Positions 35,821 through 48,474 of a stretch of DNA of 64,000 bases are shown in pieces. Within the stretch, counting starts at the first letter, position 1. The number at the start of each line of letters is the position of its first letter. The notes beneath the pieces are model-generated. The model saw only the letters and a list, made by a program, of their open reading frames with translations, was not told the DNA's origin and did not search any database. The stretch spans positions 1 to 64,000 of the forward strand of contig CM030333.1 of the NCBI GenBank assembly GCA_017654855.1. The letters run 5' to 3'. Origin of the DNA: Podospora anserina. Taxonomy: Eukaryota. The position numbers and the translations under genes were made by a program.

Positions 35821-37581
35821 ATGACTCCCACCAACCACGACTCCAAGGACACAAAGGAGGTGGCCTCTCCGTCGCCAAAGATCTTTGCTGACGAGAAGAA
35901 GAAGACGGATACTGGCCTCAGCAGCTCAGACTCTGGTTCAGTCTCCCAAGAGTCACTCGTTGATGCTGATGGTTATGGCTCAACCAACGATCACATCTTT
36001 TCTGATCCGGCTGTGGCAGATCACTGGCGCACCACATACGAAAATGTAAATTACGAGAACAGACATCGCTTCGACCCCAGCTTTACCTGGTCGGCCGAGG
36101 AGGAGCGGAAGCTGGTCAAGAAGATTGACCGTAGGATCATGCTTTGGTACGTACCTACCACACACTCTTTCCCAAATGGAATTCTCTTACTAATGAATTC
36201 GGTCTACAGGGCATGGATCATGTTTTGTGGTCTCGATTTGCATCGTCGAAACATCAACCGCGCCATTACGGATAGGATGCTGGAAGAGATTGGCATGGAC
36301 ACGAACGACTTCAATTACGGCCAGACCTTGTTCTTGGCGTCTTTCTTGGTGGCAGAACTTCCATCTGGGCTCATCAGCAAGAGGGTTGGTGCTGACCGTT
36401 GGATTCCCTTCCTCATCTGCAGCTGGTCCATTGTGGCTGGCTCGCAGGCGTTCCTCAAGACCAAAGCTGGATTTTATGTCATTAAGGTGTTATTGGGCTT
36501 CCTGATGGGCGGGTTCATCCCCGACATCGTGCTGTGGCTCACCTACTTCTTCAAGTCCAACGAACTGCCCACCCGTCTCGCCTGGTTCTGGACGGCCCTC
36601 AGCACGGTGAACATTGTCGGTTCTCTTCTCGCTGCTGGCATCCTCAAGATGCGAGGAATTGGTGGCTGGAGTGGTTGGCAGTGGCTCTTTCTGCTCGAAG
36701 GCATCGTGACACTCCTTATCGGCACCTTTTCGTGGGTTCTCATGCCCCCCGGACCCTGTCAAACCCGTAACTGGTTCCGGGGCAAAGACGGCTGGTTTTC
36801 AGACCGCGAGGAATTCATCATTGTGAATCGGCTGCTCCGCGATGACCCCTCCAAGGGCGACATGAACAATCGCCAGGGTGTTGGTCTTGTCCTCCTCTGG
36901 AAGACCATCAAGGACTGGGAGATGTGGCCGCTGTATCTCATTGGTTTGACCACCTACATCCCCCCCTCGCCCCTCAACACCTACATGTCCTTCATTTTGC
37001 GACAAATGGGCTTTGGCGTCTTTGAAGCCAACTTGATGGCCATTCCAGCTCAGTTCATGTTTGCCGTCAACTTGCTCATCATCACTTGGGTGTCCAAGCG
37101 ATTCAAAGAGAGGTCAATCGTCTCCTCCATCAGCAACATTTGGATGTTTCCCTTCTTCGTGGCCTTGGTCGCATATCCGAATGCTTCTCCATGGGCTCGC
37201 TATGGAATCATGACTGGTCTTTTGTCCTACCCTTACTGCCACGCCATTCTGGTCGGCTGGAACGCACGCAACAGCAACGCGGTCCGGACAAGAGCCGTGT
37301 CGGCTGCCCTTTACAATATGTTTGTCCAGAGCGGCAACATCCTCGCCAGCAACATTTACCGTGACGAGGATAGGCCGTTTTACGTTCGTGGAAACCGGAT
37401 TCTGCTTGGTATTGTCTGTTACAACATTGTGCAGTTTTACTTTGTCAAAGCCTTTTACATCTGGAGGAACAAGCTGAGGGACGCCAAATGGAATGAGCTC
37501 ACACCGGAGCAACAGGAGGATTATACTCTCAACAGCAAGGACGAGGGCCTGAAAAGACTGGATTTCCGGTTTGCTCACTGA
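35821..37581 (+). CDS. MFS transporter, allantoate/anion:cation symporter family
   Basis: EERKLVKKIDRRI, ELPSGLISKRVG, GWQWLFLLEG, multiple TM helices, C-terminal DFRFAH; probable in-frame intron near 36148-36209. Confidence 0.92.
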   Translation: MTPTNHDSKDTKEVASPSPKIFADEKKKTDTGLSSSDSGSVSQESLVDADGYGSTNDHIFSDPAVADHWRTTYENVNYENRHRFDPSFTWSAEEERKLVKKIDRRIMLWYVPTTHSFPNGILLLMNSVYRAWIMFCGLDLHRRNINRAITDRMLEEIGMDTNDFNYGQTLFLASFLVAELPSGLISKRVGADRWIPFLICSWSIVAGSQAFLKTKAGFYVIKVLLGFLMGGFIPDIVLWLTYFFKSNELPTRLAWFWTALSTVNIVGSLLAAGILKMRGIGGWSGWQWLFLLEGIVTLLIGTFSWVLMPPGPCQTRNWFRGKDGWFSDREEFIIVNRLLRDDPSKGDMNNRQGVGLVLLWKTIKDWEMWPLYLIGLTTYIPPSPLNTYMSFILRQMGFGVFEANLMAIPAQFMFAVNLLIITWVSKRFKERSIVSSISNIWMFPFFVALVAYPNASPWARYGIMTGLLSYPYCHAILVGWNARNSNAVRTRAVSAALYNMFVQSGNILASNIYRDEDRPFYVRGNRILLGIVCYNIVQFYFVKAFYIWRNKLRDAKWNELTPEQQEDYTLNSKDEGLKRLDFRFAH

Positions 37582-38281
37582 TTGTTGGATCCATGCCTAG
37601 AGAAGAGGGAAGGGATGGTCGGATAGGAGCAGACTTTGGAGTTGAAGTTGAGTGGGAGATACGACAAACCCTGTATTAGCAGGGAAATCAGGCTGTTTTG
37701 GAGTTTATGATACCAGGGGAAAGAAAAGTAGCTTTTGTTTTGTATTCATGACCTCACTCTTCTTGTCCTCCGCATGCCAGTGTCAGTGTCATGACCACCC
37801 CTAACCCTAATATCAGCTCTGAACACAACCCCTGTCTCTGGCTCAGACCAATCAACAGACAGAGATCATCTCTTCTACTTACCAAGTGTCACAGACCAAC
37901 ACGTCAGAAAATTGCATCTTTTGTGCGACTTTCTGTTGGGTCAGTTTTGACCAAAACAGACCTTCTTGAGCCAACACCACGATGAGCCCGACGATGCTGC
38001 TTTCAGGGGGACCTTTCCAGTTTCGAGTTAGCGTGTCTCAATCACCCCACACAGTGACCCAGTCAGCGGGCCGAGATTCGGTGGCATGTGGATCGATGCG
38101 GCACACCGCTCTTCCCTGTCAACCTCAATTTTGACTCCTCTTTTGACGTTGTCAAACCCTAGGTGTGCGGTACCTCGCGGCTAGGGACCCCCCTTTGTTC
38201 TTGCTTCCTGTGATTCCCACAGTCCCTGACTTGGCACAGCCTGTACGCCCTCGATTACTAGACGGCGGGAGTATCTTCGAG

Positions 38282-39857
38282 ATGGAGCTTTTCCCTGACC
38301 TGGGGGCATGGCTGTTCCGTTCTGTCAGGCGCGATACCTTTGCCGAAAGCCCCATTCTAGCAATCCAGAGGCTTAAGTTGCTCCCCCAACCAATCGGAGA
38401 CTCGGACAAGGACGTGCTGGTCGGTGCTGTCCTCAACTTGGGATCCAGTCTGTCTCAGGCCCTCCACATCCTCCTCGAATTGCTGCCCGAAGATAAAGCC
38501 GGCGAGCGCCTCGGGGAGATACTCTGCCCAACCCTGGGGCAGCTCCTGGCCTCTCTTCAAACTACCCTGTCTGCTTTTGAAGGCCAGACACCGACAAGAC
38601 AAGTATCTTTACGAGGTGGACGACTGAAGCATAGCCGGTCTGAATCAGCGCTGCGATCCGCAGCCAGCTTGCCCAAACTCACTCCCCGTCCACTTACACC
38701 GATATTGATGAAAAGGACGCCGCCTGAGACTCCAAAGACACCTCGGCCAAGCGAAGGTGTGATCCATACACGTGTTGTCTCCAGTCCGTTACGATTTGCG
38801 AGACCGGCTGCCAACCAGACAAGGTCACGCCATCATCGAAAAGACACAGAAGAGTTTCCGAGGCTACATGAAGATATCTCTACCCCACATCGACAACATG
38901 AACAAAAACGCCAACCACCAACACCTCCAGCATCTTACAGGCAAGAAACATCCGGCCTTCAGAATGCTCTAAAGTCCGAGTTGAGAGTCCAGGCTGCCAT
39001 CAGGGTAGCAGTTGACTCTTTGGAATTTGCCGAAGGTCAACTCCAGCTAGTCAAAGAAATTAATCAATTGCATGGAGGCAGTCAGTCGCCCCCCCTTTTC
39101 TGATTCAAGGTAGAACCGCTAACCCCGACAGGCTTCGATCTTATACAAAAGACCTTCTACTCTGGCTACAATAACCTCTTGCTACGTGCGCTCGAACTTG
39201 AGCAGCTGGAGTCTGAGCGGTCGTCATCAAGGCCAGTTACTAACAACGATCCGTCGAGGTCGGGTCATCAAAGACAGCAGCCATCTATACATGTTTCTTT
39301 CCCAGCAAACATGCCCACGCCACCCTACAATGCCTCGAGCCCTCTTCGGGCTGGCATGTCGAGGGGCAACACAACAGTCCCAGCGAGGATGCCAACCTCG
39401 GACTCGGAGGGAGAGATTGGTTCAAGACAAGGAATGACGAGGAGAAACACGATACAGGGCATCAAGCAAGAGAGTATGTTTGCCAAGTACCTCGCAATGG
39501 ACTTGAACTGACCAATATCCCATAGATGATCAAGACTTTGTTAGACCAGCCATCAAACGTCGGTTATCGCTAGCAGAAGAATTAGCACTCGCGGGTGACG
39601 ACTCTGACTCTGATTACGGCCACAGCGGCAGTGAGAACGGAGATGAGTCTGCTACCGACATGGCGGGTGAAGCGAGTGAGGAAGAGGCGAGTCAACAGAG
39701 CGAAAGTCAGGCTGACAGTGACGATGACGATGGTCGGTATGATAGCGACCACCACGGCGGTGGGGGGGAAGAGAGTAGCAGCAGCTCAAACGAGTTTGCC
39801 ATGGGAGAGCACGACGGGAGGAACGACCCGACAGTGAAACAGGCGAAGTATTTATAA
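38282..39857 (+). CDS. Hypothetical protein with acidic C-terminus (2 introns)
   Basis: Long ORF from MELFPDLG; GT..AG introns near 39080-39131 and 39474-39525 link to RPAIKRRLSLAEELALAGDDSDS... Confidence 0.65.
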
Positions 39858-40269
39858 ATACCAGCGTGAATAGGCAGGGGTACAAATGGGAACGGGAAGC
39901 ACATTTTTCATAAATGCGTCCAGGGTATATATCACAAGCATGAAATTACCGGTTTTCGAGACTGGGGTGAGGATTGGGTTGGACATGAATGGTGTGACGC
40001 GGCGCGGTCCAATGCCAGGCCAAGCACGCCATCTCCTGTCACCCACACGCAAACTGATGCGATTCCGTCCATATTGCCATCTACGCAACCTTTTGGAACA
40101 GGCCCGCTTTGGTTTACAAATCCAACATCGCCGTGGATTCCGGTTCTGTGGTGGAAAATGCTGTTTCCGCGATTCATCAACATTTTTGCTCCGACAAACA
40201 TTTGGCAACAGCTGAACGAATGTACAGCCCGAGGTAGATACGTGTGTACTAGCTGTTTAGTTTCTCAGA

Positions 40270-42155
40270 ATGCCTAACCAGTCAACTTCACATGGAGAGA
40301 CAACACCTCTTCTTCGAGCGCCGCCCTCAGCTGCCGTCGTCCACATCAGCCAAGGCCACCGACGTCAGAAATCCAGCTCGACATCCGCCTCGTCCACAAC
40401 ACTCAAAAGCGGTGATATCATCTCGACAACTCGCAGAGACATTGAAGATGATGTGCTTCCCGAGACAGCCGTCCTGGGACGTACTCTAGGTTGCAGAAGT
40501 GCCTACATTTTGATCATCTCGCGGGTCATCGGGTCTGGCATCTTTGCAACTCCGGGGAGCATAGTCAGTTCAGTGGGGAGTATCGGTCTCAGCCTCACCC
40601 TTTGGGTCGCCGGTGCCGTTTTGAGTTGGTTTGGATTGGCTGTTGGATTGGAATATGGATGTATGCTTCCGCGCTCAGGTGGTAAGTCAATCTCGGCTAT
40701 CCTCAACAACAGCATCCTCACTTACACACGTCCGTTTTGAAACCTGCCACAGGCGACAAGGTATACTTGGAATTCACTTATCGTCGCCCTCGATTTCTGG
40801 CGTCGACCATTGTAGCTGTTCACGCTGTACTTTTGGGGTTCACGGCAAGCAACTGTATCGTTTTTGGCGAGTACACCCTCTTCGCACTCGGGAAGCAGCC
40901 CTCGGAACACAAAGTCGAGGTTCGGGCTCTCGCTGTGGCTTTAATGACGCTGATTACCATCATTCATGGTTGCTTTCTTAGGACGGGGATATTCATCCAA
41001 AACCTGCTGGGTTGGATCAAGATTGGCTTGATCATGTTTATGACACTTGCTTCTGCCGTGGTGGTCCTGGCCAGCTACCGTCCCACAACCCCATCCGAAA
41101 CGACGCGGCTACTGCTACCTTCCTGGGATAGTATCTGGGAGGGGTCTGTCTGGAACTGGGGCATCATCAGCACTGCCTTATTCAAGGTTTTCTACTCGTA
41201 TGCGGGACTGCAAAACGTCAACAATGTACTCAACGAAGTGCGGGACCCAGTCAAGACACTGAAATCAGCCGCACCCACTGCCTTGTTTACAGCTTGTCTC
41301 CTGTACTTTCTGGTCAATGTCGCCTATTTTCTCATTGTGCCATTGGATGAGATTAAGCAGAGTGGCGAGCTGATTGCAGCGCTGTTCTTCCAGAGGCTGT
41401 TGGGGGAAACGACCGGGCGGATCTTCCTGCCTCTAGCTGTGGCTATTTCGGCTGCTGGAAATGTTATGGTTGTCACATTCTCCTTGGTATGTGCCAACAC
41501 CTTGAGCCGAACGGTGATCGTCGCTAACTCCCAACGCTCAAGGCGAGACTGAACCAAGAGATTGCTCGCCAGGGTCTCCTACCTTATGGACATCTCTGGT
41601 CGTCCTCTCAGCCGTTTGGAGCCCCTTTGGGAGCACTCATGGTCCATTACATCCCCTCTGTGGCGGTGATATGCGTCCCGGCTCGCAACATATACTCCTT
41701 CATTCTTGATGTGGAAGGATATCCTGGTCAGTTCTTTGTTTTGGCGACGAGTCTTGGTCTCATTTGGCTTCGGAAGACGAGACCAGATCTGAGACGTCCA
41801 TACAAAGCATTCCTACCTGCAGTGTGGGCACGAATCGTGTTATCTATTGCCATGATTGCAGCCCCATTCATGCCCATGGCTGGTGAGAGCCATGGTGATC
41901 ATTTGTTCAGGGTCAGTTATGCATTGGTGGGCATCTCCGTGTAAGTACAAGATGACATGCACGCCGCAAACTATGAGAGCATGACTGATTCGATGTGGTA
42001 GACTTTTATTGGCGGTTCTCTACTGGTTTGTGCTTGTCGTTGTTCTTCCTAAACTTGGCGGATACGAATTGGACAAAACAACCGAGGTCTTGGGGGATGG
42101 CACAGCTATTACAAAACTCATTCGTGTTGCAAAAGAAGACGAACACCACACTTGA
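40270..42155 (+). CDS. Amino acid permease, LAT family (Mup1/Mup3 methionine permease-like), multi-exon
   Basis: VIGSGIFATPG, EYGCMLPRSGGDKVYLE, SYAGLQN..NVLNEVRDP, RLNQEIARQG, RPDLRRPYKA. Confidence 0.9.
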
Positions 42156-42589
42156 CTACCTAGTATTAAAAGGATCCCGCTGTGTGGTTCTCCACATGCT
42201 GCTGTGTCTATCAATCGATTGTAAAGATGGAAGATTGCGGTACCAAATCCAGAAAGCACCAACATCGCTCCCAGAAAGATCAATTTTGTATTTCAAAGCA
42301 GTCCTGCAAAGTGTTACCAGTCCCAGAAAGATTTGAAAGTCTTGCTGAACAATCACCCGGCTACCACCGGAATTATCCCGACACCGACCAACGAGACCGT
42401 TGCTTCGTTGCGTCACCGATGGCGTGACGATCACCAGAACCACCATGTCTTACGGCACTCGGCAATCTCACTAATGCAAAGATTGTTTCATCAAGGCAAG
42501 CAGACACGGAGCAGCAAAATATAAAGAAGAGGATCCGATACTCTATCCAATTCTCATCACAACTACACCATCCATCGTTCCCTATCATC

Positions 42590-43595
42590 ATGGCTGCAGC
42601 TGCTGTTGCCTCTCCTGCTGTCAATGCCAGTGGGCTCATCAACTCCCACGGTTTAGAATCCGGCAAGCCCCTCAAGCACAACGTCCACACCAAATTCAAC
42701 TATTACAAGGACCCTGGCGATGGTTCTGCTCCTGCCCCATATGTTATTGGGTAAGGCCACGGTCTCCCCTTCCTTGAGGCATCATGTTGCCCATTAACAG
42801 TTGCTTACAATTGCTTCTAGTCGTCCAGAGACCTTGATTGAGCGCCCTCGTGTTGAGATCGACGCAGTCGTCACCGATATTACGGGCGACGAGAGCAAGT
42901 ACACGCTTGATAGTCACGGATTTCAGCTTTACCGGCACGAAAGCAAAGAGAAGGATTTTTCCGACGATGACAAGATCAAGGCCGAATACTACCCGGAAGT
43001 CGAGCAGCTGCTGAAGGATGCGTAAGTCTATGGTCCGAGAACCAGACAGAATCCAAAACTGATCTGAGCCAGGACCGGAGCCCATCGCGTCTACATCTTT
43101 GACCACACAATTCGCCGCGGTAGCCAGGATAACCGTGCTCCTGACGCCGGATTCCGTGGTCCCGTACGCAGCGTCCACGTTGACCAATCGTACGAGGCAT
43201 CTCGACAAAGGGTGCGCTATCACTTGCCGGACGAGGCGGATGAGCTCCTTGGTAAACGGTTTCAAATCATCAATGTCTGGCGTCCAATCAAGACCATCTT
43301 CCGCGACCCTCTGGGCGTGGCTGATGCTCATTCGGTTCCGGACTCAGACCTGATTGGTGCTGCTCTTATCTACCCTGATCGAGCCGGTGAGACATATGTG
43401 GTGAAGCCCAACTCATCCCACAAGTGGTACTTCAAATACGCGCAGACCCCTGAGGAGGTTACTTTGATCAAGTGCTTCGATACCGAGGAGGGGGTCGCAA
43501 GAAGGGTGCCGCACTCTTCGTTCATTGACCCAGATGAGGAAGATAAGGCACCAAGGGAGAGCATCGAGGTTCGGACTTTGGTCTTTTATGATTAG
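42590..43595 (+). CDS. CmcJ/AsaB-like oxidoreductase (2 introns)
   Basis: LDSHGFQ, YYPEVEQLLK, IFDHTIRR, VHVDQS, RFQIINVWRPI, WYFKYAQTP..V.LIKCFD, PHSSF, RESIEVR. Confidence 0.88.
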
Positions 43596-43903
43596 GTGAT
43601 TAGGAATGTTATTTCGATGATGATAACGGATGAAGATGGATCAAGCTGGGTAATCAATGACTGAATACATGTTCCTCCATCCCCAAAGTCCTTGTCCGGT
43701 TGCTACGATTGCATATTTTATGTCCAAGAATCACGATCGATACCTATTACGATAAGCCATCTAGATAAGTCAATCGACTGGGACTCCAGGAGCCTTGCTG
43801 TAAGCCCAGTTTCAAGCCTTCTGGTCCGCACGGGGAACTGATAGCTATTAATTAATTAGTGCTACCCGGGTATCACACTGTATTCCATGACACTTCCTCC
43901 CCC

Positions 43904-45517
43904 TTATTTGGCCCTCTTGACGACAAAGGCGCCACGTTCAATGGTGTTGATGAGAATAAATCCACTCTTGAAGAAGGGGTAGTGACTCCAAGTGCCGACG
44001 AAATCCAAGATACCACCCTCTGGAAGAGCATCATCCTCGGGGTAAATGTCAAAGAAGCCAACCTCCTTCACTCGGGCACCGGTAGGGTCCCTGGACAAGC
44101 TTGATACATCTAGAATTCTCAAGCCAGAGCCGTAGTTGCTTTGGTAAGAGAGACCGTCAATGACAAACTGGTTGTGGTCAATTCCGTAAGCAGCGCTCCG
44201 GAAGAAGCCAGTTTGCTTGGGGCTCTCAAGAGAGCGAATGTCCCAAAAGTAAGTGATTGGATACCCGCTGGCAGCCGGACCGACACCGTTAACCTCGTCA
44301 AGCTCATCATCAAGGACGAGGAACTCCTGCCAGGCAGTGTTAGTGACCCAGCCTTGATGAGTATCTTTTGGAAAATCTGGTTAGCACATGCGTGGAAGAC
44401 TGGTGGCGGTGAAATCTTACAGGCTGCTCCCTCGTAACTGGTGCGTGAGATGATGTTGGTGGCGTTCTTGTCAGTAACATCGTAGCTAGGAGAAAGGTTA
44501 GCCATGGAAGCCCTACAATACCGCCTAAAGCACTTACATGGTCAAGGTGTCCTCGTTGTAACCGTAGCAAATGTCCCGGCCCCAATACTTGAAATCAGGA
44601 CCCCGGTATGTCAGGCACTGAGCGTCATGGACGTATCCATCACCTGCGGCGCATCCGAGCGTCTTGGGCTTGGCTGGGTCCTTGAGATCGATGAAGATGA
44701 GGCCGGACCGACAAGCGCTGGTGCGGGGTGCAGCGCCGACGGCGACGGCATACTGCTTTTCCTCATTGACAACAACGTTGTGAGTGCGGCCAATGGGCAG
44801 GTCGTTCCACCAGGAAGTGACATCCTTCTCGGGGTCAAAGGTGACGGGCTTCTTGGGGTTGATCTTGGTAAGCTTGCTCATATCAAACACCTGGACACCG
44901 TGGCCGGCGGCCTCGGATCCGATGATGATAAAGTTCTTGTACCCCCTGATCTCACGCCAGATGAGGGGCTCAATGCCCTTGGTCTGAGGAAGACGGCCGA
45001 GGTAGACAAGCTTGCCCTTTTTGTTGATCTCGGCAAAGGCGGCGCCATCAGCCTGAGCGATGACGACAAACTCACGGCCATCACGGCTGGTCCAGCCCCA
45101 CGAGGACGAACCCTCGCCAGTGGCGGATCCCAGGTCAGCGTGCGACACGAAATCGTAAAAGTCCACCTGTTGGGCATGGTCAGAGTGTGTTCGTCCGTCT
45201 CGGATTCAGGTAGGCAAAATGGCTCACACCTTGTTGCACTTGAACGTATTCATGGCATCGCCGGGGATGACAGCCGCAACACCATTCTTGCAGCGGATGG
45301 CACCGTCACCGCCCCGCGACTTCCATTTCTTGGAGTTGAAGTGACCGGCTTTGAGCTCACGGTTCCATGTGGCATGCTTCTTGGCCATCAACTGCTCGTG
45401 GACGGCACCACTGTCATAAATCTTGGCCACGGCCGGGTCCGGGGCGACTTCTTTGGCAGCAGCACCATGGGCCAAGAGGGCCGTGATGGCTGCGGTGACG
45501 AGCTGAATTGTTCTCAT
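43904..45517 (-). CDS. Secreted choice-of-anchor B / LVIVD-repeat-like protein, multi-exon
   Basis: Signal peptide MRTIQLVTAAITALLAHGAAA; SSWGWT, WREIR, HNVVVNEE, DGYVHDAQC, YNEDTLT, QSNYGSG, GTWSHYPFFKSG..INTIERG. Confidence 0.82.
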
Positions 45518-46977
45518 GATGGAGCTTTGCCGTAGTTGTCCGAGGGTGATTTGAAGGTGGCGAGAGAGAAGCTGAGAGGTGTCTGGCAATTCAAAACAGC
45601 AGCCTTGGTGCTTTTATAGCGATTGTTCATGTCCACAAGATGCTCTCTCCCGTAGTGTCAACCCTGATCCATGTCTCGCAACCTTCCTCCTGTTCGAGAC
45701 ATGTTGTGCTAGGATCCATCTCGGCATCGTAGCTGCCCATCTCTGATCAGAGTCCAGACGAATGTTGGAGATGTCGCCATAGACTCCTGGCCTGTTCTAT
45801 CGATTTTGCGGTGCAACATGTGCTTACTTCTCCTTCCTGTTTGGGGAGGTTGTATCAAGAATACTAAGATAAGTTGGTCCATGCCGGGGTCTCTGAGGAT
45901 TCGCAATCGACATTCGTTCGTTGCATGATAACACCCAGTGCAGTGCCCGTCGGCCAAGACGGTCGACACCCAAACTCCCGGGATGGAATATGCCAGTGTA
46001 CAACAATGATCGCATAAGCCTCTGTTGCTCTATGTATGGGGGACTGCTGCAATCAACGCAGGGCCAAAGGCCAAGGTTTTGGTATTGCGTTCGGTATTGG
46101 GGAGGCGGACACAACCGGGCGGCGAGACCGTTATCGATGCTGCAGGAGGCTACCTATTAGGTGCGGGGACGTTTTACCTCCTTCCAGATTGGGTCGGGCT
46201 CCATGTCGGGAGCATCCTCATCGCGGTTCCTGCCTCCATCCAACAAGATGCTCTCGAGTGCCCTAAGGCTGGTCGGAATAAGTGTTTGGCTTCTTGTCCA
46301 CCATACGAGGGCAAGTCCATCGGAAATTTCCTGACTGAGCGACCAAATCTGTTCAATAGCCACCTGCCCTATGGTACGTAAGGTCCTTTGCCGACCGGCC
46401 TTTCTCGCATCATGTCGATCACGACACTTCGTTGGCCGCGCGAGGCAGCATTCGCATCTTAAAACGACATTGTTTCCGACTTGCCCATTCAACGTTGCCT
46501 TCCTAAAAAAGCTTGTCATTTATAAGCTTCCATCTTCCCCGCAGTTGACAACAAGGGCTGTGCGGTCTGGGCCTTTGCTCAAGAACCCGGGGGGTTTGTC
46601 ATTTCCGTCTGATGAATGCAAGGCCGTGGCGCCGGCAGAGTGAAGGCAGCAACACCTGCTTCTCTGGGTGCCTACAGAAACGGTCGCACTTGGATGGTCT
46701 AATCTGCTGAGCTACATGTCACCGCATGCTCGTATTCAATGAAGATGTGCTTTGCTGAGGCAGACTGGGTCGTACCAACGGCTGTGTCTGGTGTGGCAGG
46801 TCGGTTTTGATGGGCACTTGGAGCGCGTGAGGTCGAGCTATGGGGGAGCGTCTTGAGCAAAACTCGTGTTACTATTGCAAGCACCATTCATGAGATTTTG
46901 CAGCAACCTATGGATTCCTATCACTGGAAAGGCTACCACCGAGGAAATCAGTGCAGACGCGCCCCGTCCAAGGGCGG

Positions 46978-47720
46978 TCAAGTTCTTGTTCCCGTCAAGA
47001 TGACAGGTTTCTCTTTCGCTAAAGCATCAATGACTGAATCGGGAAGATACAAATGATCCTTGACCAGTTGCTTTGGCGTCAACACAAGCCATTGAGCAAT
47101 GCTGATGTCGTTGAACTCGGGGACTTGCAATACGTCGAGGAAAATCAGATCCTCGCTGCCTGTGTTTTCAATGTAGTGTCCCGCGGCGGCAGGAACAAAT
47201 CCATCTCCGCCGACCATGAAATCAAAGGTTCTGGAGGCGGCAGGGGTCTCATATTCTGTTGTTCTATCAGACAGAGCCTTGAAGGAAGAACCAGACATCG
47301 ACAGCGTATGTGTCGTTGACAAAGGAGCAACCTTTGTCATCTAACAATGCTTGAGCATCAAGGCCAGCTCGTTGGCGGAATGTATTAGGAGCGAGCCGCA
47401 TGTCTAGGTACTCAGGCCATGACTTTTGTCGCCGGGAAACAGATGCATTTCTCTGTTTTGCCCATCCAGAGTTCTTACCAGTCCCTGATCTATCTTGTAA
47501 TATGCCCATTGGCCACATCAGTTTGGGCATGTCACCCACACAAGATCCAGGAGGATCAGACTAGATTCACTGCGGAGTGAGCCACCAGCTTCTGCCATAG
47601 TCGGTGTTGGCGACTGACTCACTTACAAGACCGTCGTTCTCCCCCTAGTCCCCTATTTAGTGTCATCGTTAGAAAACAACATAGGGGGTTCGTCATCGTG
47701 ACGTACTGGGGATACGGCAA
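46978..47720 (-). pseudogene. Oxalate decarboxylase (bicupin) relic with internal deletion and frameshifts
   Basis: Fragments MWPMG...SGWAKQRN, DMRLAPN, then SRTFDF...GHYIENTGSEDLIFL.VLQ...DISIAQWL.LTP..LVKDHL; most of the first cupin is missing. Confidence 0.78.
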
Positions 47721-48474
47721 GGCCAAAGTCCTGGCAATTGAATAAGCAAGATCCATGGCGGGGAGTTATTCGAAATCCAACCGTTTGTGCCTTCGTACCT
47801 CTGTGAACAGGGGCTCAGGGTCTGGAATCAGCATTTCTTATATCATGGCGAAGCTTTGTCTAGTCCTCGAAACCACTGGTACCGCGCCTTTTCGTACTTG
47901 TGACGGAGAGTATCCATTCTCCTTTGATTCGACAGAACTTTCTTTTCCGGAGTATGGAAGCGTATAAGCACCTTGATCGCCTCGGACTTGGAAGATGTAG
48001 TTTGGACAGCACACTCCTGCTAATGGCAAGATTCAAAGATTCGTTTTTTGTGAAAATACATTGTATGACGACTGGAGAACTGTATTGATGTAGGAAAATC
48101 GCACCGATCAGTTAGTAACCCCATGGTAAACAACCTTTTTGACATGAAGTAGTGCGGTTAATGAAGTGGGTGGGCTTTATGGCGAATGGTCCGGTGGGCG
48201 AGAGTGACGGGATGAACGCTAATCATGAAAGGGATACCTGTATCCGAGAAGCTGAAAACGTATCGTGAATCGCAGTCAAAGAGATCGGACAACAGTCGGC
48301 GGACAGTCGGTGACTTGGGCGGCCAGACTAACATGACGCTATCAAATACACCGAACGCACAGACCACCGTCCACCCTTATCAGCCGAAAATTTGTTGCTG
48401 ATTGAGTGAGACTGTGTGAGAACCTCAATGACCACCAAGTCACTCGCTCATAATCTCACCGCGGCCGTTTCAAA

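Noticed and set aside
37799-37810. Interstitial CCCTAACCCTAA
   Set aside because: Only two units and no rearrangement signature; at most a promoter motif
44504-45535. 343-aa plus-strand ORF (and similar long antisense ORFs such as 51693-52625 and 56198-56743)
   Set aside because: Antisense or off-frame shadows of real GC3-rich genes
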